From the NCBI RefSeq assembly GCF_009914755.1, contig NC_060940.1: DNA of 64,000 nucleotides. One strand, written 5' to 3'. Shown in pieces: positions 45,281 through 63,851 of this stretch; the stretch's first letter is position 1; every line of letters begins with the position of its first letter. Source of the DNA: the human T2T-CHM13v2.0 reference genome, Homo sapiens. The translations under genes and the position numbers were made by a program. Under the pieces are notes generated by a model. That model searched no databases. It was not told the DNA's origin and saw only the letters and a program-made list of their open reading frames with translations.

Positions 45281-47506
45281 CCTACCACATGACATTTATA
45301 GTCCGATAAGTGATATCACAAATTTGAAAATCCATTAGGACACACAGCAATGAATATTTATATGTTAATGTCAAACATTATGGTGAGGACTGGAACTGAT
45401 ATTTTGAGAGAAGCTCATTCTCAGTTCTCAAATCTCATTATATAATTTGGCAGCTATTCATAAAACTGATTGACTGATTTTGTAAATCTTTTGCAACCAA
45501 TAGTCTCTCTTGCTTTAGGGCTAAAATAATTGATTTTCTCTCATTATTTTGTCATTTTTGAGTGCAAGATAAATTAGTGCTTTATATATTTTAAATCATG
45601 TACTAAGTAATAGCTTGGTATTTATAAAATGTTTATAATCAGGCTTTGTGATAAAATATGGTAAGATCAATATTACAGTACTCCAAAAAAGCAATTGCCC
45701 TCTGAAACTTCAGAATTAATGCTCATGAAATAATCAGCAAAGAAGAAATGAAAATTAATGTTGTTTTAAAAACCATTGAACATGGACAAAATATTAATTG
45801 CATATTGTCAGTCAACATGATTTAATAGTGGTTTAAATAAGGGTGGTTATGTTGTCATAAGAAATAAGATGATATAGAATACTTATTTTACTTCCTAGTA
45901 TATAGGCTGTGCTCAATAAATGTAAAGTGATTGCCGTTATTTTTGAGGATGCCATTGTTATTATAATGCAAACACAGAAGGGATCTATTCCCCTCTTTTG
46001 TTTTCTAGACTGGTTGAAAATATTTTATTTTTTAAAAAGTATTAATGTCTGCTGAAACCCAATACTATGTAAATATTTGTCATTAACGGGTGCTTGCCAG
46101 TCTATTTTGCCCCATACTCAAGGGTTTTGTATTTTACCATCAGTCACTGACTTGAGAGAATACATGAAAATCACCCTTAAGTGTGGGTGGGTTGTGATTA
46201 CTTTACAAGTTCCTACTTTGTGGATTTAGCCAGATCAGCATCTTGTGGTGTCAGAGACATTACTGGGACATTTACCCAAAGAGTTCATTACAGCACTGCT
46301 GTTCATTTCATCCATCCTCAGAAAGGCAGCAGCATCGTGGAGTGCCAGGAATTCACTCTCAGAGGAAGTCAGTGTTTTTCAAACATTGGTACCATAATCA
46401 AAATGAAAAACAAACAAATAAAAAACAACTTTTCTCCACACAGCAAAATACCATTCTTTCTTACTTGAGGCAGTAATGAAGTGGTTTTGAAACCTTTGAA
46501 AATGAGCATTGTGTAGAATATTGAGTAAATGGATTTGAAACAAATGAAGGAAACATTGATATGGATTTCTAGTGTTTTCTTTAATGTATCAGTCAATTCA
46601 CACAAGGTAAAATGCACACAAAGTAAACAAACAAAACTTAAGCTATCTAAAAGTCATCTCCTGTAATACTGTGATTTGTAATAATATTTTATGCATAATG
46701 TCTGATATATAATAGTAATTCCTGTTATAAACACATATACATCTATTGATTTATTGCCTGTCTATGCTAGGAAATGTTCTAGACATTTTAGATGCATCTA
46801 GATATTTCTTATGTAAATCTAAATGATGGAAATGTTATTTATTGATATTTTACATACAAGGAAATGGGAATCAGAGACTTTTGTAGGTCATATAATTAAG
46901 GCAGTACCTGACTCCAAAGTACAAGTCTGTCCCAACATGCTCTGCTTCCATTGTAGAATTGTTCTTTGTGTGCTTTAAATTATAATATTTAACAAGGAGT
47001 TCTATGTCCTTATAGTAATTCTAGAGAAAAGGAAAGTAATTCTTTAAAAAAGGAGAAAAACTTACATGTACATTTATAATTAATGTTATATATGACTAAG
47101 CCAAAACCTTATGTCATTATAATATAAAGAACACTGTCTAGTATATAATAGAGTATAAGTATGTGTAAATATATTGTCACTGTAGGAAATAAGGAAAATG
47201 AATATTGCTATATGTTAGAGAAACTCAAATGTTAGGAAATTAGTCCCCAGCATGATGAGCAGAACAAGCTTTCTGTATGTGTGCTCAGGCAATGCAAATG
47301 GTTCCATTTGTCTCATATAGATGTTAAGTACGTGTCCTGACTCATACACAGGCATGTATACACGTATCAACTAAGGCATCTTAGTCTGTTTTGTATCTGC
47401 CTCTGAAACTAATGTCAAATCAATGTCATGGAATTCTTTCTGACAGCATTTCTGGCAGCGTTGCTTGTGGCTCTTCTTCCACTCAGCGCTTTGACAGTGC
47501 TGTTTA

Positions 47507-47839
<333 letters not shown>

Positions 47840-47935
47840 AACAGTGGTGTTTATGGGAACCCGATCTCAGAATAGTGGCCTATTCTGTCCTCAGATATTC
47901 TAATTCTTCTTTCTAATATGCTACCAAAACCCACA

Positions 47936-48340
47936 TGTTTTAGTTTGGGTTCCTCTAGAAGCAGAACCTGAGACAAGAATTTGAGTGCAAGTTATTTATT
48001 TGGAAGGCAATTTCAAGAAATAACAGTAGGAGGGGAGGGAAGTGAGACAGAGAAGGGAAAGTAGTTAATAAGGTTTGCAATTTGAGCAACTGGAGCTTAG
48101 CCCCACTGGGGAATTCTAGGAGCCAGTATACTTCGCCATGTCTCAATGTATCCATCAGAGGAGCAAGGGAGCTGGGGTATTTATCCATCATCTCCAGGCA
48201 GTCACTGGATGAGGACTTAGCCTTCCTCCCTGGGAGATGGACAAAGCCGTCAGGTAAACTTGTGCACTACTGGATGCTGGACTTCAGCAAGATGTTTCTG
48301 AAAATGGCAAAACCTTCAGGTATATGGTGAAGAGTGGGCA
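47936..48340 (-). mobile_element. Old ERVL/MaLR LTR (LTR16-like)
   Basis: TAGTTTGGGTTCC...AAGCAGAACCTGAGACAAG...GTGAGACAG motif. Confidence 0.6.
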
Positions 48341-48929
48341 TCTCTTACTACAGTAACTTATCTATTGTAACTAATTGTAACTTATCTATTGTAGCTAATC
48401 TGGTGAAGTCTTCAGTTCTTTTCTTTATCCTTGCCTTAGAGGCCTGTGTGAGCTGGGCTATACATAGAAGATTGGGGTCTGGACTATATCCTTTTGCCAG
48501 GACACTTGTCTCCTCCTAAAAACCCCACATGTAATTGTTTCCTCTGAGAAAAGCTGGTGTTTCTTGTCTCATCAGGCGTTCACAGCCAGGGAATCTGTTC
48601 ATGAACTGCAACTTAATGCTATCTCTTCTGGCCCCATAAATAACAGGTAAAAAAAAAAAAAAAGCCCTGCTTGTTTTAAGCAGGCATTATTCCTTCTCAT
48701 CATTGCATTACTGATTCAAATTGAAAGCCTGGAATGTGGCTTCACAGGTAGCTTACTCACCAAGGTTGTCCCTGCCCTTATTATTATGAAACAATTCTAG
48801 GATTTTTATTTCATCCTTAGTCCTCTTTGGCTCTCTTAGCTAACTTGAATCTTTCAAGCACTTCTGGGTTTGCACTATAGGACTTTACCCTCCTCAAGTC
48901 TTGAATTTCTTTTAATTCTCATTAACTGT

Positions 48930-49240
48930 TTTTTTTCTTTTTTAAAAAATTTTTTGTGGGTACATAATTGGTGTATATATTTATGGGGTACATGAGATGT
49001 TTTGATATGGGCATGCAATGGGAAATAAGCACATCATAGAGAATGGGGTATCCATTCACTCAAGCACTTATCCTTTGAGTCACAGACCAGCCAATTACAA
49101 TCTTTAAGTTACTTTAATATATACAGTTATTATTGACTATAGTCACCCTATTGTGCTATCAAATAGTAGGTCGTATTCTTTCTAACTATGGTTTTGTACA
49201 CATTAACTATCCCTACCTAGCCCCCCACTACCCTTCCCAA
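48930..49240 (-). mobile_element. L1MA1-3-like 3' end
   Basis: TTTGTGGGTACATA...TATTTATGGGGTACATGAGATG. Confidence 0.85.
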
Positions 49241-49629
49241 TCTTTTATCTATTGATGTTGACAGCAAATCACACTGACTGCTGGCCAAAGTGTAAAGATT
49301 TCTCCCGCTCCTTTGCATATGATGAGGAGCCAAATGTGGTAAACACTTCCTCCATATGAACTCAAATGTTCGCATTTGACGTTTCACATCTCTTATTATT
49401 TTCTGGGGGAAAAGTCAACCCACCTCCAATGTTCTTTCCCACCAGCCACAGTCTTTCTAATTTGTAACTGACTTGTAGAAATTGCTAACGTTTCTTTTTT
49501 TGGAATGTTCCAAAGCATGCTAACATTTATTTATCTAAAATATCCTGTTATGCAAAACTTTGTGCTTGGCCTAGTAAATAAAGATCTGGCTGGCATTTTA
49601 TGCTCAACCAGGTTGTCTTGTATGCTATT

Positions 49630-49980
49630 CAACATCTAATCAACTCACGTGCAGTATCAGACTCACTTAAGAGCTTGTGTAAAGTGCAGACTCCAAGATC
49701 CCACTTCGGATCTACCCAATCAGAACCTCTGAGTGTGGGGTCCAGGAACAGTGTTGTAAGGAGCCCTCCATGTGATGTTTGATGTTCACATGAAGCTTGA
49801 GTAACACAATTCTATAGCTTTGCTACTCAATGTGTGGTTCTAGCATCAGCATCATCAGAGAGACAAAACTTGTTAGAAATACAGGATCTCAGTCACTGCT
49901 TCAGACGTCTTGAGTCAGAATCTGCATTTTAATACGATCCCTGGGTAATTCACGTGCACACCCAAGTTTGAATTGCTCTG
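49630..49980. mobile_element. Adjacent MER5A-like and MER5B-like hAT elements
   Basis: AATCAGAACCTCTGAGTGTGGGG and CTTGTTAGAAAT...TCAGAATCTGCATTTTAA motifs. Confidence 0.7.
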
Positions 49981-50048
49981 TTCCACAGGACTTAGCTTGT
50001 ATTTTCAGTGTCAATAAATAATACGATGTATCAAATTATTCAATATAA

Positions 50049-50368
<320 letters not shown>

Positions 50369-51514
50369 TCTTCCTAATGTGTTTTAAATGGAGAGTTACG
50401 TTAGGAAAATGTTCCTAAACATAACACACCCCAAAGAAAAACCAATATGAACTCCCAAATCATTGGAAAGCCACAAACCTGGATATTAAGTATCTAGCAT
50501 GAGTCCTAAGAAAGAAAAATAGCTACTAGAGAAATAAGGATACAGAATTCCGCAAATCTACTTCTTACTTCATTATATATATTTTTTTCAAGAAGACAAT
50601 GTAAGACTACTCTGAATGATTGGAACACGTTCTTGAGGAAATGGAGGGAAATATGTCCCCTCACCACATGTAGTGCAGAGATTTATTTTCTAGTGAACAC
50701 TAGCAGGTCTGCTCAAGTACATACTGTCATTCGGGAAATGTGCCTCAGTCAAACACAAAGAAAACATAATTTTTTCTTGGAGTGTTGAGTCTTTAGGGAG
50801 GAGCTCTTTTTTGAAATAACAAAGGGACATGGAATTTGGATTTTTAAAGCTTGAACATGTCCTCATTACCTGGGCACAGATTCATTTCTTGTGCAAAGAT
50901 GTCCCGAGTCTCACAGCTTGAAGATGCCTGTCAATGAATGAAAGGTCGCTGCAGCTGCAGGAGGGAAGTCAAAGTGCTTACACCAGAGTCCCTGCTTTAT
51001 ACCTTGCCATGCTTTACGCCTTTGCATCTTGCCTCACCTGAGAGGTAGGTTCTTAGCATAATGGGCTTATCATTTTTATCGTAAGTATTTTAATGACTTT
51101 AACAAGCACAATTGTCTAAATTGTATTCTGACATTGAGCTAGTCTTTCCTCTGTTTTTCTGAACATGACTCTTACAGATTCTCCACCAAATTCACCAACT
51201 ACATTACAACTTTTTCCATTAGGAAACCAACAAACCCCTATCTAGCCTTATCTTATGGTTGCTATGGTTATTCTCAGCCATCGATGATGATTTTACTACC
51301 CACTGAAAAGCTCCGGCCTATGTCCTATATAGGAAATGTGATGAATTGATTAGTGAAATTCAGATGTGGCATTAATCATATCCCAAGATGGGAATGGTGG
51401 GGGTCAACAAATCCTCCCTACTTTATATGCTGTCATTTACTTTACACTTGTATTTACCCCAGTGACAATGATAGCAACCCACATTGCTTAAGACTATCAT
51501 TTTGGAATTTATAT

Positions 51515-51720
51515 ATTCATTCAGTCAGTCTGTACTGAACACTGGGCATTTATGATGTGTTGCTGAGTGTACAGAGATGAATGAGACACAGTCCTGGGCC
51601 CCAAAGTGCTCACAGCCTCTTGGGGCTTAGAGGCCTGCAAATGAATGGAGATCCTTGTGACCCAGCACAGAGAGTGCCCTAACTGCCTGTGGGATGAAGC
51701 AGGCATCAGCAAGGACTTCA
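51515..51720 (-). mobile_element. L2 3' fragment
   Basis: ATTCATTCAG...GAATGAGACACAGTCCTG...GCTCACAG. Confidence 0.55.
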
Positions 51721-53281
51721 TGGGGGGTGGGTGAGAGGAGGAGGATGAAGACATTCCTGGCAGAAAAAAAAAAAATTGAAAGACTCCCATTGTGGGGCAG
51801 AGGGTATCCTGGGCTGTGTTCCCCACTTTCCTAAGAAGAGACTTCAGCCTGCGGTGCTATGAGAACATGCACTAAAATCTAGAGGTCCTCGATGTCTCTT
51901 CAGAGAACTGTTGGATCTACCAAGAAGCTATAAAATAGCTTAAACATTAGGGGCTTCAATGAATTCAGAGAAAAATATAGTCAACACAATTGCTTTATTT
52001 CATTTTCGCCAACAGAAACTCTATTAGACTGTGAACGCTTTTGTGTGTCTAATATTTTCCCTGCTGGTTTTTCCTTTGGATATGTGTCTTCATGGGGATG
52101 AACAAGCATGCCAAAGAAAATCAAATAGAACAGGGAGAAAAGTTATGCCTACTTATTATGGCAAGCTCTGGCTTCTACAACATCTGAAAATTCATGAGGA
52201 AATGTGTATCTTTAAAAATTCAACTTATCATTTGGCATTCATCGTGAGAGACTCTGATCTGGGTGGTAGAATAGAGTTGGTCAGGAATGTTTATTTATTT
52301 TGGAAGTTGGCCTTGAGCAAGTTACTTAGTGTGTTTAAATGGGGTTTATTCTGTAAATCACAGATGCTCTGTCCTTTACTTTGATTGATATTGGAAAGGT
52401 TGGATTTGGAAGTACACTCACACGTACACACTTCATAGTGTGAAAAGTCTAAAAAAAGCAAATATGTCCTCTAAATGCTAATTAACTGTGATAAAAATGG
52501 AAAATCTTGCATTTACTGGTATTGAATTATAATTACAAAATGATTTAATAGATGGGAATATAACTTTAAATACATGACACAGAAAATAATTTCCTAATTT
52601 TCACTAATTCCTAGAGTGATGGGATTATGAGTAGGCTTTTTTCCCCCTTCTCCTTTCCCCCAAAATTCTATAACGTATTTAAGTGAGGTTTATAATGAAA
52701 GTTTTCACTTATTTAAACATAAATTACAATTTGAAAGAAAATAGTTTTATTGAAATTCAACTTAAATATTTTGATACCTACTTAAATGTTTAATTCAATT
52801 AAAATGTTAATCATTACCAAAGAAGCCCTAGGCAATGTCAGTAAATGAACGTGTAGAACTTAGAAGGACTCTGATTTCTGTGATGAGTGATACATCATTC
52901 CCATCTTCCTTTCTTGAAAAGTGCTCAAGTTGAAATCATCCTTTTATGTCTTCTCCCCCAGTCTAAACTAACAGGTCATAGGTCCTGTTTACTTAGGGCT
53001 CTGTGACTCCTCTTTTACCACCGTGATACCAGGATGAATACCTTTCTCCTGATGGAGAATTAATAGAACAACTAGGCAATTCGGTGGGACCAGAGCCCTT
53101 AAACATTCCTCTTTTTCAGACAAAATTGTATGTTTGAAACGGTTTACTTCTGATGGCAAAACGTGACTCTCCCAATGACCATCATGACAATCAATGGAAG
53201 CCAATTGGGAGGCACTGCAGCCAGGCTTCAGAGAGATCACGACCTTTTGAAGCTGCTTAAATCAGACTTGAAGCTGCTTAG

Positions 53282-53639
<358 letters not shown>

Positions 53640-53796
53640 AAAGATTCTTAAAATAGGGTGTAATAAATTATTTTATTGGAAAAAATAATATTTTATAAGT
53701 ATCTTCAGTAAAAATCAATGTATATAAACACCATTAGGCAGTTCTATTTTGGTCACACAAATCGGTAACAGTCACCAGCATCACTGTGTCCCCTGA

Positions 53797-54104
<308 letters not shown>

Positions 54105-55977
54105 TGGATGGTTTTTATTAACCTGAACAGTGGTGAAAAATAAAATAATCTGGACCATAAATAAGGAAAGACCTCAACATCAACTAAAACACAGATATTT
54201 ATAAATGACTTTGGGATGTGGCATTCATTTCCAAATTTTGCTTTGTTAGACCTTAGGCGTTTATATAGCTAAAAAAGTCAAGGGGATGACTTCACTTGAA
54301 TTGTGCATATTCATTTGCCATTTAATTCAATAAAGAACAGCAAATGTATTGATTGCAGTAACAGTTACTGCTGCTGCTCACAAGCCAGACACCACCAGAA
54401 ACACACCTATAGGCACACTAAGTTGGCCATACTACCCGGTGCAAGGGACAGGATGCACCCTATGTGAGTATCCTAATTTTTATCAAGGAGGTAGGAAGAA
54501 TGGGGCAAAACTAAAGCTGTAAGTGGTGAAGAGAGAGCTGTTACTCATGCTAACCAAAGAGGTGGATGTCCAGTCACTTTGCTGGTTTAGACATTACTTT
54601 AGTTTTGATCTTCACTCAGACATGATTACAGAGTGGTTTTGTTTTTGTTTTGTTCCATTACAGTGGAAGAATGACCTTGTGTGGTGCTGGTGTCCTGTGA
54701 AATTGCTTATATTCAATAGTAAAACATCATCCTCACTCACAGCTGACAGTGGTCAGGAGCTGCTCCCATCTTTGTCAGCATCCTTCACCTCATGCCTACT
54801 GTGTATCAGCCAGTGCTACCAGGCCTGCACACACATCGCTGACTGTTCAACACTTCCTGCAAAGATAGGAGGCATCCTTCTTCCCAATGTGCACATCAAA
54901 CATCCACATCTCTCAGAAGTCTGGTAGCTTGCCTATGGCCACACAGAAAAGAACTAAAGCTATTTATCACAAGAATAATTAGGTAAATAAGTAAATACAC
55001 AAGAAACAACAAGAAGCTTTAAAGGAAGCAGACACATAAATGGTTGAGGGAAACCAGAGAGACTTATGGAACTCGATCACTTGGGACTTAAGCAATGGAG
55101 AGGAATTCATAAAGAGGTCTCATGGGTGGGTGGCATCAGGGAAGGATTCCAGCTTCTATTTGGGTAAACATGTGCACAAAGACCCAGGGGCCTACAAGAG
55201 AAAGAACAACAAACCTTTCACGGACATAAGGGAAGGCTTTATGTCGTAGGTGATACCTGAACCAAGAGTCCAAAGGGCAGAGAACAGTTTCCAAGCAGAG
55301 AATCCATGGATTATGCTGGGGTGGGGGTTGGTTGGTAGAAGACAAAAAATGAACAATGAGAACTGAGAAAAGTTGTGGGGTATGACAGTCAGAAGAATGC
55401 TAGTGATCCCCGAGCTACCAATGTCAGGAGAATTATGAGGAAAGGGATTAAATCATAAAGGGTTAAATTTCAGTGAGAATGGGACAAGCAGAAACAGTAA
55501 CCATTTTCTCCTTTTCAAGGAGTTAGAGGGCTGAAGGCATGCGACAGAGGGAAAAGAAGCTTTGGAGTGTGGAGACAGCACACATCAGATACGCAGTGGG
55601 TGGGTTTGTTTTCATTATTATGCATTTCTAGGAACAGAATATATAGCAACTGTTACATACCTAATGGTAGCAGTAAATATTTAACAATTAACATTTAACA
55701 AGCCTCTGGATGATTCTGATGCATACTAAATAAAGAGAACCTCTGTATGCTAGAAATAATAAGGCCTGGACCATAAAGTACTAGTGCTACAGTCAATTCA
55801 TAAATCTGTCATTTCATGAATAAAATTTCATGGTTGTAATTGTAGCATTATAAGCTTTATGTGTGCATGTGTTTGTGTGTGTGTGTGTGTGTGTAGAGCG
55901 AAGGAAAGAGATTTCATGCTAAAGGAAACCTTAGAATTCATGGACTGCCTAGGTTCTCTAACTTTGTTTAGCATACA

Positions 55978-56012
55978 TATATTAGGGTTCTCTAGAGGGA
56001 CAGAACTAATAG

Positions 56013-56077
<65 letters not shown>

Positions 56078-56451
56078 AGTTTATTAAGGAGTATTGACTC
56101 ACACAATCATAAGGTGAGGTCTGCAAGCTGAGGAGCAAGGAAGCCAGCCCGAGTCCCAAAGCTGAAGAACCTGGAGTCCAATGTTTGAGAGTAGGAAGCA
56201 TCCAGCGTGGCAGAAAGAGATAGGCCAGAGACTAAACCAGTCTAGTCTTTCCATGTTCTTCTGCCTGCTTTTATTCTGGCCATGCTGGTAGCTGATTAGA
56301 TGGTGCCCACCCTGGTTGAGGATGGTTCTGTCTTTCCCAGTCCACTGACTCAAATGTTAATCTCCTTTGGCAACACCCTCTCAGACACACCCAAAGGCAA
56401 TACTTTGCATCCTTCAGTCAATCAAGTTGACACTCAATATTAACCATCACA
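55978..56451 (-). mobile_element. MLT2A ERVL solo LTR
   Basis: AGGGTTCTCTAGAGGGACAGAACTAATAG...TATTAACCATCACA; TSD ATACA on both sides. Confidence 0.9.
56015..56075. repeat. (TA)30 microsatellite
   Basis: Uninterrupted; direct reading. Confidence 0.97.
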
Positions 56452-56944
56452 ATACATGAGAATCATCCAAAGGCTTGTTAAGTGTTGCGTGATACTGCAT
56501 TCTGTGCACCTACCGTGTCTTCCCTACCCACTTTTCCAGCCATGGACACTGAGGTTGCTTTCAATTCTCAGCCACCGCACTGCAAAGAGCAGCTACATGC
56601 ACGTCCCTTTTACACATGTGTCAGAACTACTTTGAGATAGGTAACTGGAGACACATTCACTAGGTAGTAGGGTATACAAATACTAAAAATTTTACTACAT
56701 AACATGAGGGGTGCCGTCAAAGAGTTATAACAGTGTACACTCCCACCATCAATACGTGAGTTCCTATATCCCCACATTTGTGCCAACACATGATACTATC
56801 CAACTTTCTGATTTTGACAGCTTTTTAAGTACAAAGCGATATATTTTTTATCTTTTTAAATAATATTGGGTGCATATATATTTGTATATATACATAGACA
56901 CATATATTTGTACATATATATACTTATATATTTATCTCACCTTG

Positions 56945-57300
56945 TGATATGGTTTGGCTGTGTCCTCACCCAAATCTCACCTTGAATTGTAATAATCCCC
57001 CCTGTGTCAAGGGGGGGTCCAGGTGGAGATAATTGAATTATGGGGCAGTTTTCCCCATACTGTTCTTGTGGTAGTGAATAAGTCTCACCGGATCTGATAG
57101 TTTTATAAATTGGAATTCCCCTGCGCAAGCTCTCTTGCCTGCCACCATGTAAGATATGCCTTTGCTTCTCCTTTGCCTGCTGCCATGATTGTGAGGCCTC
57201 CCCAGCCATGTGGAACTGTGAGTCCCTTAAACTGCTTTCCTTTATAAATTACCCATTCTCTAGTATGGCTCTATTAGCAGCATGAAAATAGACTAATACA
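56945..57300 (+). mobile_element. THE1 (C/D-like) solo LTR
   Basis: TGATATGGTTTGGCTGTGTCC...GACTAATACA; TSD CCTTG / CTTTG. Confidence 0.92.
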
Positions 57301-57460
57301 CTTTGCTAACTGTGTAGTCTTGGATAATTCACTTCTTTCTGAGTTTCAGTTCTCTCATCAGTAAAATGAGGAAAAATTAAGTACCTCTGATAGAAAAGCC
57401 ATGAAATGAGATGATGTGTGAAAAGTAATTCACATGAGCTCTGCAAAGCAATAAGCTACC
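57301..57460 (+). mobile_element. MIR fragment, probably the host of the THE1 LTR
   Basis: TCTGAGTTTCAGTTCTCTCATCAGTAAAATGAGG. Confidence 0.6.
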
Positions 57461-58300
57461 AAAATAGTTATTTGTTTTTATTCTGGGATTTGATTAAAAA
57501 TATTGTTTCTCAAAAGGCAAATTTTTCTAAAGTACTTAGGGAACTGAATTATAAGAAAATTGTCAATTATCAGAATTCAGTTTGGGGATATTCTTATGAG
57601 ATTTTTGGAACCCACAGGGAGAGATCAAGAATACCTACACAGTTGACAATGTCCAGGTTAAGGGAATTTTGGTAAAGGAAAGAGACTAATAGTAGATTAA
57701 AAAAGAGTATCTTTTGCATTTCCTTTTTCGTTTATAGTTTCTGGTGTATATGTAACATATCATTAAAAACTGGTAATAGAAGTTAAAAAGAAATCTATAA
57801 TCTTATCACTTAAAAGCACTGCTGTATTAAAACTTTGATGCATCTTTTGTTATGCTTAACTGAATAATTTATAAGTATGCTGATCACATTAGTCATGTAT
57901 CACACTTAACTAATGAAGAGAGCATGCTAATTTTTCAATAGTCTCTGCATAAGTCATTTTAATTGCTTCATAATATTCCATCAAGTACATGTTGCTGGGG
58001 TAATTATATTTTAGTGCTCTGGACTAGAAAGTAATTCAGTATCTATAAAAATGTAAAAGATTAATTATTAATACAAACTATTTTAATCAAATGGATTTAG
58101 ACAGGTTAGCATATCTTAGTGTATAGCAATGTGCTTAATAATACCTTATATTTGTACAGCCCCATAGAGAGTAAACACTTTCAAGCAGCCTTGTGATCTG
58201 GACCGTCTGGGTATTACTGTTATGTTATAGATGAAGGAGCCAGTCAAGGCTATGTGTTTAAGAATTTGCCTTTAGATCTGACCTTTGCAAGAGCCAATAC

Positions 58301-58478
58301 TGGGGTGCAATGTGATGTTTTGATACTTATATACATTGTGGAATGATGAAACATATCCATCACCTCACATATTTTTTGTGGTGGGAACATTTAAAATCCA
58401 CTCATTTAGCAAATTTGAAATATATAATATATTGCATTCCATAAATATATACAATTATTTGTCAATTAAAAATAAAAA
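58301..58478 (+). mobile_element. Miniature L1MA 3' end with inverted 5' part (58301-58430 on -)
   Basis: Both pieces match the uninverted L1MA end at 62880-63100 in this window. Confidence 0.8.
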
Positions 58479-62262
<3,784 letters not shown>

Positions 62263-62879
62263 TTCAGTAAAGTAAATGTTGTATAATAATTTGACATGAA
62301 ATTAAAAAGGTAAATGTAAATGCACAAAGAAAAAAACTAAAGTCAAAAAAATTAAAAAATAAAAGACATAACAATAACAAAAAAGCATATCAGGATCACC
62401 GAGAGTAGTTTCAGAATATACACTTCCCTGAAGATAAATATAAATAATAAATCCCAGTCTACTCTAGTTTGGTGACCTCTTACAGAGAACAATAAAGCAA
62501 TGCTATCACACACACACAGACACACACACACACAAAGAGGTCAATATTGGGACTTCTTTCTCCACTGAACTTTCTTAATACAACATCATTCTACTTCTTA
62601 AGTTAAACAACTTAAAGTAGGGCTAACCAAGGGTCTGAATTAGAATCTCTCAGCATAAGTGAGTGTTTTGAAAATTTGATAAATTGCTCTTAAGTTTCTT
62701 AATACATATAGAATCTTTATATAAGATTCTGTAAACAACTTTGTGAGCATGCAATGAATAATACATGAAATTGCTTATAAAATTAATAGACATAGTAAAG
62801 ATTTAATACAAAAATTGTGAATTTAAGCACTCACATTTTGAGATCTTCAAAATTTATGATAATGGCTTTCTGCTAATGA

Positions 62880-63100
62880 ATTTAATAGTGACCACAGTTA
62901 ATAATAATGTACTGTATATTTCAAAATTGCTAAAATAATATATTTTTAATATTTTCATAACATAAAAATGGTAACTAATGAGGTGATGGGTGTATTCATT
63001 AGCTTGATTAACTCTTTCTACAATGTATGCAAAAATCAAAACATCACATTGTACCCCATAAATATGCACAATTATTTGTTGTAACCTTAAAATAGATAAA
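62880..63100 (+). mobile_element. L1MA 3' end fragment
   Basis: GTATATTTCAAAATTGCTAA...GAGGTGATGG...CATTGTACCCCATAAATAT. Confidence 0.8.
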
Positions 63101-63448
63101 TTCAAAAAACTTATGACAAATGTATGATAAATGCATGTATTTCAAATGAGGAAAATCATTTAATTTCTTGAACTCTGAATAGAAAATGACACAGAATTAA
63201 GATTGCTGTAATGTAGTTGTTAAAGAGTTTCTCATTGATAGACTTGTTTTCACTATGACACTTATAAACACTTAACCCTTGCTATGAAACATAACATTAG
63301 GTTACATTATTCTAGAGACCATCTTAAAACCATGCGAGTATTGTAATTGTTCTTTCCCAGTAGCTATTTAGATCTGATCACTATAATTGCTAAGTAAAAT
63401 AAAACAGGGAATTGCAACTTTCCAAATCATCAATTTCTAAATAAATTT

Positions 63449-63851
63449 TAGTTGACTTTTGGATAACACAGGGAGGAGGGGAAACCCATGCAATGGAAAA
63501 TTCATGTATAACCTTTGATACCCCAAAAAGGTAACTGCTAATAGCTTACTGTTGACTGGAAGCTATTTTGTATTTTGTATATGAGTTATATACTGTATTC
63601 TTACAACAAAGCAAGCTAGAGAAAAGAAAACTGTAAGAAAATCATAAGGAAGAGAAAAAATACTTACTCTTCATTAACTAGAAGTGAGTCATCATAGAAT
63701 CTTCATCCTCATTGTCTTCGTGTTGAGTAGTCTGAGGAGGAGGAGGGAGAGGAGGGGTTGGTCTTGCTGTTCACGGGTGGCAGAGGCAGAAGAAAACCTG
63801 CATATATGTGGACCCTCAGAGTTCAAAACCATGAGGTTCAGGGGTCAACTG
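63449..63851. mobile_element. Tigger2a (MER28)-like DNA transposon
   Basis: TIRs (C)AGTTGAC... / ...GGTCAACTG followed by TA; AAGCTAGAGAAAAGAAAA...AAAATCATAAGGAAGAG body. Confidence 0.8.
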
